Under the pieces are notes generated by a model. That model was not told where the DNA came from. It made no database searches and was given only the letters and a program-made list of their open reading frames with translations. Source: Eledone cirrhosa (lineage: Eukaryota). Taken from it: a stretch of 64,000 nt of DNA. Positions within the stretch are counted from its first letter, which is position 1, and each line of letters begins with the position of its first letter. Position numbers and translations under genes: made by a program. The DNA lies in contig OZ024742.1 of assembly GCA_964016885.1 (NCBI GenBank), forward strand, positions 351,106,001 through 351,170,000, written 5' to 3'. Of the stretch, positions 39,221 to 53,275 are shown piece by piece.

Positions 39221-40547
39221 ACCATTTATATATAATACAGTGGAATAATGTACAATATTTTTGCTGATATATCAAACGGCAGGTATTAGTACCTCGAAAT
39301 ATATGCTATCTAAACTATAATAAAGTAAGGAGTGCGTGAATGCTTCCAGAATATATTTTTTAATCCCGTTTGTAAAATAAGTTGGATTACTTTCAATAAA
39401 TAATGAATTAATATTACATAATATATCTACTAAATTTCGTTATATTTGATCTAATATAAATAATTTTGTTGCTTATTTTAAGATTCACTTCTTTAAAGTT
39501 TTCAAATATCCGGTTACCGATTGATTAAATGAACATTCATATATTTCCGTCACTAATTTTATCCTAATGCAGTTTATATATAGTATCACCTTTCTTAAAT
39601 GTATCATGCATTACGTTACTGATTACATAAGAGAGTGTAACGCAGTCTTTGTTCAATTTCTGGGGATATTGTCAATCACGATGTTATTTGATGTATCATA
39701 TCTACATGCATATATACTTGCGTATAATATTAATATGCACACTACATGCTAGCAGAAAACCACCCTTCGAGTGGTTTTTCTGCTAGTATAATTAATAAAT
39801 TCATATGATATACTTCAGATGCGTCAATTAATGATGACAATCTTTGTCTAGCTTTATTCCTCTAGACAGAGAATTACATATGTTGACAATTCAGACACAA
39901 GCTACAAGTAAGATCCATACAAATCCCATTTGAACTTCATCCAATGTTACACTACACTTTTAGCGGGTGTCTTTTCTGTTCATTTGTTTATAGGCATAAC
40001 ATTTTCACATATTTCTCCCTTATCGATCTCATTCATTCGTAACCTTAATGTTGGTGTGGTAACATTATTGAAAATATTATCAATTTATCTATTGTTGCAA
40101 TCGGGTGGAGTGAATTATGTCTATTTTATATGTTACGTCTTGTTATATTGTTGTTTTCGATGGAAATATTTGTTTTATTACAAAGAACAGAATTAAATAA
40201 TCTATTTCCATTTCATCATAGTGTGTCAGTTACTGGGGTCAGCAGCCAAACTATATTTCCGACAGATGAACAATAGACTGAAGTGATTTTTAATGTTAAC
40301 TATAGAAAGAAAAAATAAAATGTTTATGTCCAATGATTTTAAGTATAAAAGGTCTGGTCAACTTGCTCTAATTCCTAAATTTTCATAGTTAACATGAATT
40401 TAACAAATAAAACAAGACTTTGTAGAAAATATATAGGATTTAGTAAATCGAGTAATACTTTTAATCTATAACAGTTTTCAGTGATAAAATAGTGGACATG
40501 GTGAGAGGTTCTATGGACAGTGATCTCTCCCTACCTCTGAATATATA

Positions 40548-40634
<87 letters not shown>

Positions 40635-40654
40635 GTATATGTATATATATATAT

Positions 40655-40848
40655 ATAGGAACAAGTAAGACCCCGACGGCTGAGCTCAAGCCGTTTCGAC
40701 GGCTAATTCTGGTCCAGAATTAGCCGTCGAAACGGCTTGAGCTCAGCCGTCGGGGTCTTACTTGTTCCTATTACCCGCTCTACTACCCTAAGTATTGAGT
40801 ACCTTGGTGCGTTATGGTCCACCTGGTTCCTTACCACATTTCCTTCGT

Positions 40849-40850
<2 letters not shown>
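40655..40850 (+). mobile_element. GACGGCT fold-back family, copy 4 (perfect 58-bp arms)
   Basis: 40655-40712 and 40714-40771 form a perfect palindrome around T40713. The tail runs 40772-40850; (TA)n flanks. Confidence 0.93.
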
Positions 40851-40877
<27 letters not shown>

Positions 40878-40879
<2 letters not shown>

Positions 40880-41235
40880 GGAAGAAAATGAAACGAAATT
40901 TAATTTCTCACTCTTCGTACGGCCGTTACTTAAATATAAGTATGTATACGTACTTATATATATGTATACAGACGTACAGTAGTATGAATATATATATACA
41001 TACATGCACACATATATATGTATGTATAGATTCACCGAACATTTATTATAATGCTCGGTGTGTAAACTTTGTACGGCTTAATTCGGGATGTTTGTTTATA
41101 AACACACCTAGCATTATAATAAATGTTCGGTGAATCCATACGTACATATATATATATATGTGTGCATGTATGTATATATATATACATACTACTGTACGTC
41201 TGTATACATATATGTATGTACGTATACGTACTTAT
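40878..41235. repeat. Fold-back element with arms of about 125 bp and a one-sided tail
   Basis: About 40941-41063 is the reverse complement of about 41102-41232 (GATTCACCGAACATTTATTATAATGCT / AGCATTATAATAAATGTTCGGTGAATC). Confidence 0.85.
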
Positions 41236-41246
41236 ATATATATATA

Positions 41247-41381
<135 letters not shown>

Positions 41382-42169
41382 ATATATATATATATGTATG
41401 TATATATATATAAGTTATACCCGGGTTCAATCGGGGGTAACCACACTAAGTAAGGAACCCAATACAAAGCACCATATAAATATTTAATATAGACAGGCTT
41501 CTACAGGACTAGAACCGTTTTATTCGGGAGAAATCATCATATATATATATATATATATGTATATAAATATATGTGTGTGTGTGGGAGTGTGTGTACGTGT
41601 GTGTATGTGAATGTGTGTAAGTGTGCATAAATGTGAGTATGAGTGTTTAAGTGAGTGTGTGTAAGAATGTGTGTGTGTGAGAGTGTCTGTGGGTGAGTGT
41701 GAGTGTGTGAGTGTATGTGCGTAACAGTGTGCTTGTGGGTATGTGTGCGAGTGTGTTCACGTTCGTGTGATATCCTCGTGACGGAATGGGCAGTGACAGT
41801 GCCTTGATTGCTAGGAAATATACATAATTCTTTCGTGTTAACGCTACTCAGAACGAGGGTGTAAGATTTCCTGCAGTAGCGATGTTCTCAGTTACTAACC
41901 ATATTCTCTTGTTTGTGAACTACACAGAAAATATTTACGATAAAATCTCTCCAATGTACAATGTCATTATCTCACATTTCTATGATATTTGAAGCGGAAC
42001 TGGTTATTCAGTAATGGAAGCTCTTTTAATCTCAGCCATATGCATTTAATTACTATAATCTAAATATATATGTGGCATAACATTAAATCTAACGTAATGT
42101 ATCAGCCGTCTATCTACTGTCATACTTTATATGTATATGTACTTTTTATGTATGTATATATATATATAT

Positions 42170-43137
42170 ATATATGCACATTTTATAACTGATATAAAGC
42201 ACTCAACAAGTTTTGGAGTAGATATACGATATTAAACAAATGGAAACTAAAGAATTCCATTTTTTTCAGTTATAATATAAAGCGCTCAACAGTATTGGAG
42301 CAAAATATATGCACATTTTATAACTGATATAAAGCACTCAACAAGTTTTGGAGTAGATATACGATATTAAACAAATGGAAACTAAAGAATTCCACTTTTT
42401 TCAGTTATAATATAAAGCGCTCAACAGTATTGGAGCAAAATATATGCAAATTTTATAACTGATATAAAGCACTCAACAAATTTTGGAGTAGATATACGAT
42501 ATTAAACAAATGGAAACTAAAGAATTCCATTTTGTTCAGTTATAATATAAAACGCTCAACAGCATTGGAGCAAAATATATGCAAATTTTATATCTGATAT
42601 AAAGCACTCAACAAGTTTTGGAGTAGATATACGATATTAAACAAATGGAAACTAAAGAATTCCATTTCTTTCAGTTATAATATAAAGCGCTCAACAGTAT
42701 TGGAGCAAAATATATGCAAATTTTATAACTGATATAAAGCACTCAACGAGTTTTGGAGTAGATATACGATATTAAACAAATGGAAACTAAAGAATTCCAT
42801 TTTTTTTCAGTTATAATATAAAGCGCTCAACAGTGTTGGAGCAAAATATATGCAAATTTTATAACTGATATAAAGCACTCAACATGTTTGGGAGTAGATA
42901 TACGATATTAAAGAAATGGAAACTAAAGAATTCCATTGTTGAGCGCTTTATATTATAACTGAAAAAAATGGAATTCTTTAGTTTCCATTTGTTTAATATC
43001 GTATATCTACTCCAAAACTTGTTGAGTGCTTTATATCAGTTATACATTTTGCATATATTTTGCTCCAATACTGTTGAGCGCTTTATATTATAACTGAAAA
43101 AAATGGAATTCTTTAGTTTCCATTTGTTTACTTCGTA
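42170..43137. repeat. 135-bp tandem array (about 5.6 copies) plus about 1.5 inverted copies
   Basis: Units start at 42176, 42311, 42446, 42581, 42716 and 42852. Orientation flips at about 42937. Confidence 0.95.
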
Positions 43138-43514
43138 TATATTTATATATATATATATATATATATAAAGTGTAAAACCAAAATATAAGTGATGCATCTG
43201 AACTCAATTTATTGTGTTTTACAATTGTTTCGCCGGCGGACAGCTCGAGACACGATTATTGTGTGGATCTGTCTGGTTCTGGACCAGCAGGTTCGACGGA
43301 CACGTCTAATGATTTCGGAGCAAATTCATTCACTGAGGTATTACCATAAAAAACTTCATCCTCTTCGCGCTACCTGTTATTGGCCCCTGATTGTCTACGT
43401 CATCATAATTATGACCACAGGTATCGTTCGGCTGACCATCAGGTGTCCCATGTCTGCCACACTTCAGTGAATTAGTGGTGGGGTTGGTAGTTCACACGTC
43501 CACGCGCGCGCACA

Positions 43515-43592
<78 letters not shown>

Positions 43593-44001
43593 CACACATA
43601 CAATCACGTAGATAATGACAGTCGTACGCATAGACTCCCTTTATACAGACACATTTAAGGAGAACATATAAACATACGCATGCCTACATGCCTATATACA
43701 TCAACACACATACACACACACACATAGGCGCACACCCATGCATACGCGTATATATACCCATACACACAAACACGTACAGACATATACGCATATACCCCTC
43801 GTACATTTCCCCCATGCACACACACATACACACACGTATCCATATATACAGGCACAGATACACACTCGCTCGCAAACACACATATATATATACACACATA
43901 GGATATACACCCATAGTCATATAAATATACACAATGGGTCATACATGAAAGGATGCATCTTGTTATAAACATGCACATATATAAACAATATAACCATATA
44001 C

Positions 44002-44095
<94 letters not shown>

Positions 44096-44254
44096 TAATA
44101 AATTTGAAGACTAAAATCCAAAGATGGCTCGATAAGGATAGATATATATCAAATATATAAGAAGCGTAGAGCAAATATTTATTAAAATAACAGATTAAAG
44201 TTTAAGCAAAAAATCGCTGCTTTCACCCTTAACGGGATCTTCTGAAACTAGGTT

Positions 44255-44305
44255 AGTTTCAGAAGATCCCGTGAAGGGTGAAAGCAGCGATTCTTTGCTT
44301 AAACT
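44255..44305 (+). ncRNA. Hammerhead-like motif with a CAGAAGA core (mirror at 44199-44249; copies at 48682-48732 and 49988-50038)
   Basis: AGTTT-CAGAAGA-TCCC-GT(G/T)AA-GGGT-GAAA-GCAG…TTGC-TT-AAACT. Confidence 0.62.
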
Positions 44306-44325
44306 TTATTCTGTTATTTTAATAA

Positions 44326-44562
<237 letters not shown>

Positions 44563-44589
44563 TACATATATATATATATACATATATAC

Positions 44590-44816
<227 letters not shown>

Positions 44817-45047
44817 TATATATATATACACATACATATATACATATATATATATAAGAAATATAAGACACACAATAAAATTAGTTCAGATGCATCACTG
44901 ATTTTTCGTTTTATATTATATCATACTCTGCTCTGTAAGAGCATAGAGTGCTCAACCGGCATACCGCCTATGGAGGCATCTTAACTACCATCAGACACAC
45001 ACATATATTACGCTCCTCTACAAGTAGAGCGCCTACAGCGATCCGCC

Positions 45048-47790
45048 ATGGAAAAATCCAATTACTCTTCTTCCCTGAAAGACACACCGATCCCTTCTGA
45101 TAACACGTACATGAGCCTACTGATACCCCACACCACCTCTTTCGTTAGACGCATGAGATGGCGCGCATTTCACCACGACAGAAGGACACAGCAACACGCA
45201 CCCGATAATCCTCAGGACCGCCTAAAACGGATCTTTAGATAAAGACTACACCCACCACATAATGCACAGTTGGAAGAATTTGAAAACCGTACATCAACAT
45301 CGCCCGAAACATCAAATTCCGAAGGATAATACACGACATACGGATTATCTCCGGAGATTGAGCTCCACAATCAAAAGCATGGAAGAATGCCCTGATTTAC
45401 TTGTGCCCTCAGACAAAACTGCTAATGTATACATGCTTGACCGTTTTACATACAACGACTGCATCGGGAAAGAGGTTAGGAAAAATTACAGGACCACAGA
45501 ACAGGACAACTTAGATAACATTAACGCCACGACCAAAACAATAATGACTGGGCTAGAAATAGATGATAGGACAAAACAATATGTACCTAAAAAACCTCGG
45601 ATATCCATTAAGGATCATAAATTAGACTTTAGAACTAATCTACCCGTTATGCTAATAGCACCCTCCAAATCAGACATAGGTAGGACCAGCAAAAATATCA
45701 TAGACAGGATACTACCGGTACTTAGGAACAAAACTAGCCTTAGCTTATGGACCTCCACCAAGGAGGCAATTGACTGGTTCTATCTAATAGATAACAAACA
45801 GCAGGTAAATTGTATTCAATTAGACATAGCGAAGAAACATTAGTAATCGTGAACAAGGCCCTCGTGAGCGCCATGGCCAGTCCAACCTGACTAGGAAAGA
45901 GGCAAGCCTTATAATAACAGCAAGAATGACGCTAATTAGCTTCGAAGACAAATTATGGGAGAGGAGGGACAGGCCCGACAGTTTCGATATTACGATGGGG
46001 TCGAGCGACTCTGCGCAGGTGACCGACCTGGTGGGAATCTATCTCCTCCAAAGATTAGTGGGGGAGACCCCAGACATCGGCGGAGGAATATACAGAGACA
46101 ACGCACTTTTTACCTTCCGTTGCCTAAGCCCCAGTCAGCTGGAACGTATGACGAAGCGCATATCGCACTTTTTCAAGCAACACGGCTTATCCGTGATGAT
46201 AGATCCTAGCACTAAGACGGTGAATTTCCTGGACGTTACCCTGGAAATGAATAAGGGCATTCACCGACCTTATCACAAGCCCAATGAGAACCTGCAATAT
46301 GTGAACAGGCAAACGATCCAACCCAAGTCAGTCATAGAAGCAGTAGTTAAAGGGGTATCAACACGCGTATCCACCCTGTGGGCCAACGCAGACGTGTTCA
46401 ACCAGCACGCCGACTAATATAATGAGGCACTGCGCAGGGCCGGTTACACAGAAACTATAGAGTACACCACGGATAGGGAAAAGCCTACTGCCGAGGCATG
46501 CGGATACGACAATAGCAATAGCACTTCCATAGGTAGACGAAACGACTCGGAACTAGCTTCCAAGAAAACGAGTAGCAGCATAGATCAAAATAAGGACACA
46601 GGACCGACAATAGGACAGACGAAGACACACACGGGCGACAGACCACCCAGTACACGTAGACAGAAGGCCGGCACGCACACCACATGCGTCGCGGAAACTA
46701 GAACTAGGGAGAGGGTAGAGGGAACACCCGGCCCGGTAGCAATGGTATAGCCACGACAACAGCACCACATAACATTAACGAGACTAACAGCAGAGCCTAT
46801 AATACAAAACGGAATATCTTAGTAAGCGAAAGCCGTAAACCTGATGACCACAGTAGGCATATAGATAGAGACAACATAGGGGACGAAATAATGGGCGGGC
46901 AAAACCCGAGACTGACACCAGACCCAAAACAAACACATTCACGCTACTACACACACACGAAATAACAATACATGACCTAAGGCCGTCACATGGTTTAACA
47001 CGTCGTATTCTAAGCAGGTATGCAGCAATGTACCAGGCCTCTTTTTCGGAGGGTTAGACGAGTGTTTCCCGCCGTCGAACAGATACCACAAGATTTTCAT
47101 CCGCCACACGGTGAAGTTTTCCTTCTCCACAGCACCTAACATTGCAGACTACAAGGCCAAAACCAACACAGCGAAGTTGGGGACCATCGACCGTCAACCG
47201 CGGCGAACGAATGACGGCCATCGGAGTTCGGAGGGCTCCTCGCAGACCAGTCTTCCAACTACAATCCGGCCCTTGCGGCGGCCGCCACGCCTGCGGAAGA
47301 CGATATAATCCAAGGCCGGGCGGGAATGAGTGGCGGAGGAGAGACCACCTTTCGACAGAACAACACCCTGAGAATCGGGAGAGGGCCGAGGCAGATCAAG
47401 GGCTAGGCGTCCGAAATGAACAACATAACGACAGAACGGGAAACTGCAGAGCGGGCACACAGTTCCCCCTGCAGGGAAGCGGGAAGATGCCTGATGAAGG
47501 GCCTGGCATATAAATGTGTGGTTAGCACGCACAATATAAAGCGCTCCTACATCTGCGCAACTTCCACGACCTTTAAATCGCGGATGTATAACCACACGAA
47601 CTCTTTCAAGGACCGGAGCAAGAGGCACTCTACTAGGCTGGCGGACCCGGCACACGAATGCATACTCGGCTGGAAATAGGAATTGTAGTCTATGCCTATC
47701 CGAGGCCATGGAGATAGTCAGACTGAAGGATGATGCGGTCAACCTGAAACCGGAAATAATCATGACGTGCAGACTCCAGAGAAGGTGAAC
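45048..47790 (+). pseudogene. Penelope-like RT-GIY-YIG ORF, disrupted; possibly Hydra-clade type
   Basis: YSSSLKDTPIPS…RRMRWRA; PSDKTANVY; ISIKDHK..F; LIAPSKSDIG; FDITMGSSDSAQVTDLVGIY; IYRDN; VNFLDVTL; PYHKPN; WFN…HKIFIRHTVKFSFS; PC..GRCL…YICAT…FKSRMYNH. Multiple stops and frameshifts. Confidence 0.9.
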
Positions 47791-48550
47791 AATATCCGAA
47801 TGGAATTCACCGGGCAGCCCAGTCTAAAAGCATGCGGCGGAGTGCACGCCGATCAGAGCGGCGAAACGGGTTCAAGAGATCAGATACCATACCCTGATGA
47901 CTATATATGCCCCGTGGAGTAAGCCGAAATAACCCAGGATGCCTACCCGACTGTGCATGTCACTGTAGGCAAAACATTGCCAGAGCCGGGACAGGTTGAC
48001 CAGGATTCCATTGACTTTCAGTCAAATGCCTTACACCAGTAAGACAATATACCTCAACCACAGTGACATACTCCACTATGGCCGGTCCACGCACCTCCCT
48101 GCATGTATATCTTTTCAGCAGAGAGTCCATACTCTCCACGTATTCTATTTTGTAACACCTGTATTTTCCGTATACAGACCCATGTGTGTATCTCATACTT
48201 CTCTTGTGTACTATCTCATATTCATACACGTTCCTTCTTTTTTTATATATATTCTGCACGCATTTTCTATGTACGGTCTGCGCATACTATTTACTGTAAT
48301 GCCATGAACGCCCACTATGTGGCTTTGTGTGAAGATTCCATATGTGGTTTCATCCATGTTCGCAACGTAACAACATCTATGAAGACACATAACTGAACGT
48401 GCCCTTACATGTATAGCACACTGTGTATCTCTATGTGACGTTATATGTATATTTTTAATATATTTCATATTTCTTTTATATATATATGTATATATGTATG
48501 TATATATATATATACATATGTATATATGTGTATATGTATGTATATGTATG

Positions 48551-48670
<120 letters not shown>

Positions 48671-50145
48671 TAACAGATTAAAGTTTAAGCAAATAATCGC
48701 TGCTTTCACCCTTAACGGGATCTTCTGAAACTAACAAAGTCAACCTGTAAACGCAGAACTGGATATTTCAAAAAACATTGCAGCCGGAGGAAGGCAGGAA
48801 GACGATACTTTGGTTCGTCGTAACGTTCGCTGGCAAAGAACGGGAAAAAACGAATAATACGTCATTAGCGGTGAAAAACAATTACGCGCAAAGACAGAAC
48901 CGCGTTTATGGTATAAAAGAGGTCGTAGACAAATGTTCTCTTAGGTGGTGCATAGAGACGTTCTCTGGCAATGAACGAAAACACGAAGATAATACGTCAA
49001 TGTGGACCGTGGAGAACAATAGCACGCAAAGACAAAACCACGTAAATGGTATAGCAGAAGTCGTAGACTAAAATTCTAACTAGGAGACCAAATGAATCTC
49101 CGCTACAGAGTTAAGAACAAAGTAAATAAATACAATACAGAAGTAATAGAAATAAATAAATACATACACGCAAACAAATACGTACATAGACAAGCATACG
49201 CAAAACCTTACCATAGGTATACAAAACCACGAACATATAAATATGTGTGTGTGTGTATGCGTGTATACAAATAAATAATAATATAAACGTATATAAATAA
49301 ATACATACGTATATAACAAGCGCACACACATACCTACATATAAATAGACGAATGTTCTGAGACGTAAGTCAACTAAAACAAGAAATACACATATACACAC
49401 ACCCACCATACGTACGAACCTGCATACTCACACAGACGCAACACTCCCGTATTCACATAGCCAAACCCTATGTACCAGAATATATAAAAATTATACGCCA
49501 TAACAATCAAATATACGTACGAGAAAGTATACGTACCTTCACAAAACATACGGGTAATATATACATACCTATGCAAATATGTAAAGGAATAAACAAAATA
49601 TATACTTAGCTCCCACATCAAGACGTAAAATATCCACGTATAGATCGTACTATCCGTTAAGGTATAACGTGGGGCTGTAATACAGGAAAGTTTTGATTGT
49701 CCTCCACGCTCCACATTGACGTATTATCTTCGTTTTTTCGTTCATTGCCAGAGAACGTCTCTATGCACCACCTAGAGAACATTTGTCTACGACCTCTTTT
49801 ATACCATAAACGTGGTTCTGTCTTTGCGCGTAATTATTTTTCACCGCTCCTAATAATGACGTATATTTGTTTTTTCCCGTTCTTTGCCAGCGAACGTTTC
49901 CACGAAGCAAAGTATCGTCTTCCTGTCTTCCTCCGGTTGCAACGTTTTTTGAAATATCCAGTTCTGCGTTTACAGATTGACTTTGTTAGTTTCAGAAGAT
50001 CCCGTTAAGGGTTAAAGCGGCGATTCTTTGCTTAAACTTTAATCTGTTATTTTAATAAATATTTGCTCTACGCTTCTTATATATTTGATATATATCTATC
50101 CTTATCGAGCCCTCTTTGGATTTTAGTCTTTAAATTTATTATTAT

Positions 50146-50208
<63 letters not shown>

Positions 50209-50317
50209 ATATGTATATGGTTATATTGTTTGTATATGTGCATGTTTATAACAAGATCCATCCTTTCATGTATGACTCATCGTGAATCTTTATATGACTT
50301 TGGGAGTATATCCTATT

Positions 50318-50361
<44 letters not shown>

Positions 50362-50809
50362 TATGTTTATGCGTGCGTGGGCGTTTATGTGAATATGCGC
50401 ATATTTGTAAGAGTGTATATCAGCCAGTGCGTGTGTGTACAAGCACCCACTGTAGGGAAAGGGCTTGTTTGTGTATATATATATAAATATATGTGTTTGC
50501 GAGCGAGTGTGTATCCTTGCCTGTATATATGGATATGTGTGTGTATGTGTGTGTGCATGGGGAAAAAGTATACGTATATGTCTGTACGTGCTCGTGTGTA
50601 CGGGTATATATACGCCTATGCATGGGTGTGCACCTTTGTGTGTGTGTGTGTGTGCGTGTGTGTTGATGTATACAGGCATGTAGGCGTGTGTTTGTGTATG
50701 CGGATGTTTATAGGTTTCTACGTTCTCCTTAAACGTGTGTGTATAGCGGGAGTCTATGCGTACGACTGACGTTATCTATGTGATTGTGGGTGTGTATATA
50801 GGTGTGTGT

Positions 50810-50845
<36 letters not shown>

Positions 50846-50904
50846 GCGCGTGGTAGTATGAACTACCAAACCCAGCAGTAATTCATTGAAGTTTGGCAAA
50901 CATT

Positions 50905-50980
50905 GGACAGCTGAAGAGGATGAAGTTTTTGACGGCAATAGCCCAGTGAAAGAATTTGCTCCGAAATCCTTAGACGTGTC
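50905..50980 (+). ncRNA. Degenerate hammerhead in the 3' pseudo-LTR
   Basis: GGACAG-CTGAAGA-GGA…AAGTTTTT/AAGAATTT…TCC-GAAA-TCCTTAGACG-TGTCC. Stems I and III are imperfect. Confidence 0.5.
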
Positions 50981-51186
50981 CGTCGGACCTGCTGGTCCAG
51001 AATCAGACAGATCCACACAATGTTCGTGTCTCGAGCTGTCCGCCGTCGAAACAATTTTAACACACAATAAATTGAGTTCAGATGCATCACTGATTTTTCG
51101 TTTTATATTATATCATACTCTGCTCTGTAAGAGCATAGAGTGCTCAACCGGCATACCGCCTATGGAAGAATCTTAACTACCATCAG

Positions 51187-51309
<123 letters not shown>

Positions 51310-51542
51310 CATATATATAGTGCAAATATACTTAGCTCTATATGTACATTGTTATAGAAGGCTGCATACTTCAACATATACAAAAGCTATATAATATTCC
51401 ACGAAAGACAGAATACACACACACACACATACGCCCCTCCCCACCATATATATGTATATATATATATATATATAGGAACGAAAAATGGCGTGCTGTCTTG
51501 TTGCAAATGTGATATACAAATTAAAATTAAGAATTACAAATA

Positions 51543-51990
51543 GAAGCCAGGACTATCTATCATCAGTGGTCTACTAGCCATCATAGGTATTTCTTTGTAT
51601 TAAAGACCAGATACCTCAGGCTAGCGCTATGCAATAACTAAAATAAATTATTGGGATAAAAAGAATTGTGTAGAGAAAGAGACTCTCTCACTTCCTCCAT
51701 CGTCCCACACTCTGCGAAATTCTTTCCTCGCTTACTTTCGCATGGTTAAGATGTGTCTTTCGTCTTCTCGTCAATATTCGCAAGTTCTTATGTTCAAATG
51801 AATCATTGACTTGATTTTCTCATTTTTTTCCTCTCTTATCGTTGCCTCACCAATCGTATTTGTTCACCTGTCTCTCTTTCTCAACCCAATTATTTTTATC
51901 CCAATAACTTATTTTAGTTATTGCATCACGCTAGCCTGAGGTATCTGGTCTTTAATGCGAAGAAATACCTATGATGGCTACTAGACCACT
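51543..51990. repeat. Fold-back element with arms of about 120 bp; right arm cut by the satellite
   Basis: 51565-51682 is the reverse complement of 51870-51990. Confidence 0.88.
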
Positions 51991-51991
51991 A

Positions 51992-52968
51992 CTATTTGGG
52001 TACAGGGTGAATATTACCGGTATGTAATATTTGGGTACAGGGTGAATATTACCGGTATGTAATATTTGGGTACAGGGTAAATATTACCAGTATGAAATAT
52101 TTGGGTACATGGTGAATATTACCGGTATGTAATATTTGGGTACAGGGTAAGTATTACCAGTATGTAATATTTGGGTACAGGGTAAATATTACCAGTATGT
52201 AATAGTTGGGTACAGGGTAAATATTACCAGTATGTAATAGTTGGGTACAGGGTAAATATTACCAGTATGAAATATTTGGGTACATGGTAAATATTACCAG
52301 TATGAAATATTTGGGTACAGGGTGAATATTACCAGTATGTAATATTTGGGTACAGGGTAAATATTACCAGTATGAAATATTTGGGTACAGGGTGAATATT
52401 ACCAGTATGTAATATTTGGGTACAGGGTAAATATTACCAGTATGTAATATTTGGGTACAGGGTAAATATTACCAGTATGTAATATTTGGGTACAGTGTAA
52501 ATATTACCAGTATGTAATAGTTGGGTACAGGGTAAATATTACCAGTATGTAATATTTGGGTACAAGGTGAATATTTCCAGTATGAAATATTTGGGTACAG
52601 GGTAAATATTACCAGTATGTAATATTTGGGTACAAGCTGAATATTTCCAGTATGAAATATTTGGGTACAGGGTAAATATTACCAGTATGTAATATTTGGG
52701 TACAAGGTGAATATTTCCAGTATGTAATATTTGGGTACAAGGTGAATATTTCCAGTATGAAATATTTGGGTACAGGGTAAATATTACCAGTATGTAATAG
52801 TTGGGTACAGGGTAAATATTACCAGTATGTAATATTTGGGTACAAGGTGAATATTTCCAGTATGAAATATTTGGGTACAGGGTAAATATTACCCGTATGA
52901 AATATTTGGGTACAAGGTGAATATTTCCAGTATGAAATATTTGGGTACAGGGTAAATATTTCCAGTAT
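51992..52968. repeat. 35-bp minisatellite, about 28 copies
   Basis: ATATTTGGGTACAGGGTAAATATTACCAGTATGTA; TTGGG occurs at 51996 and 52031. Confidence 0.97.
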
Positions 52969-53097
52969 TATTGACGATATGTAGTTTTTAATCCCGTGGT
53001 TTCAGCCTGTTTTATATGCTAAGTGACGTTCTGTCTAAATAATTTTCTCTTAGTATCAATCATTTTACTCTACTTCATTTTCGTATTTGTTCAATTT

Positions 53098-53275
53098 GTG
53101 GTGGATTGGCATTATCGGTAGAGGGTCTGACGCCATGCTTTGCAGCAAAGAATTACGGCCCTTTATGGTCTGAGTTCAAATCGCGCCGAGGTTAACTTTG
53201 CCTTTCATCCTTAAAATAAACTACCGTAATGCACTGGGATAATTGCTGGCCTTGTACCAATTGTAGAAACAATTA
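53098..53275 (+). mobile_element. tRNA-derived SINE
   Basis: Same family as 4775, with A and B boxes present. Confidence 0.85.

Noticed and set aside
41480-41541. Minus-strand HHR-like ATGATGA-TTTC…GAAT-AAAA-CGG…
   Set aside because: Two core positions (C3, G12) are wrong. It is probably a decayed copy but cannot be supported.
42170-43137. CRISPR-like array
   Set aside because: The intervening sequences are near-identical between units and no cas genes are present.
45048-47790. Functional or selenocysteine-recoded PLE protein
   Set aside because: The stops include TAA/TAG and there are frameshifts. The catalytic motif reads YRDN, and the endonuclease is C-terminal, unlike the Sec-containing Naiad elements.
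47888-47942. CTGATGA…GAAA just after the PLE ORF
   Set aside because: The position is plausible, but stems II and III do not pair.
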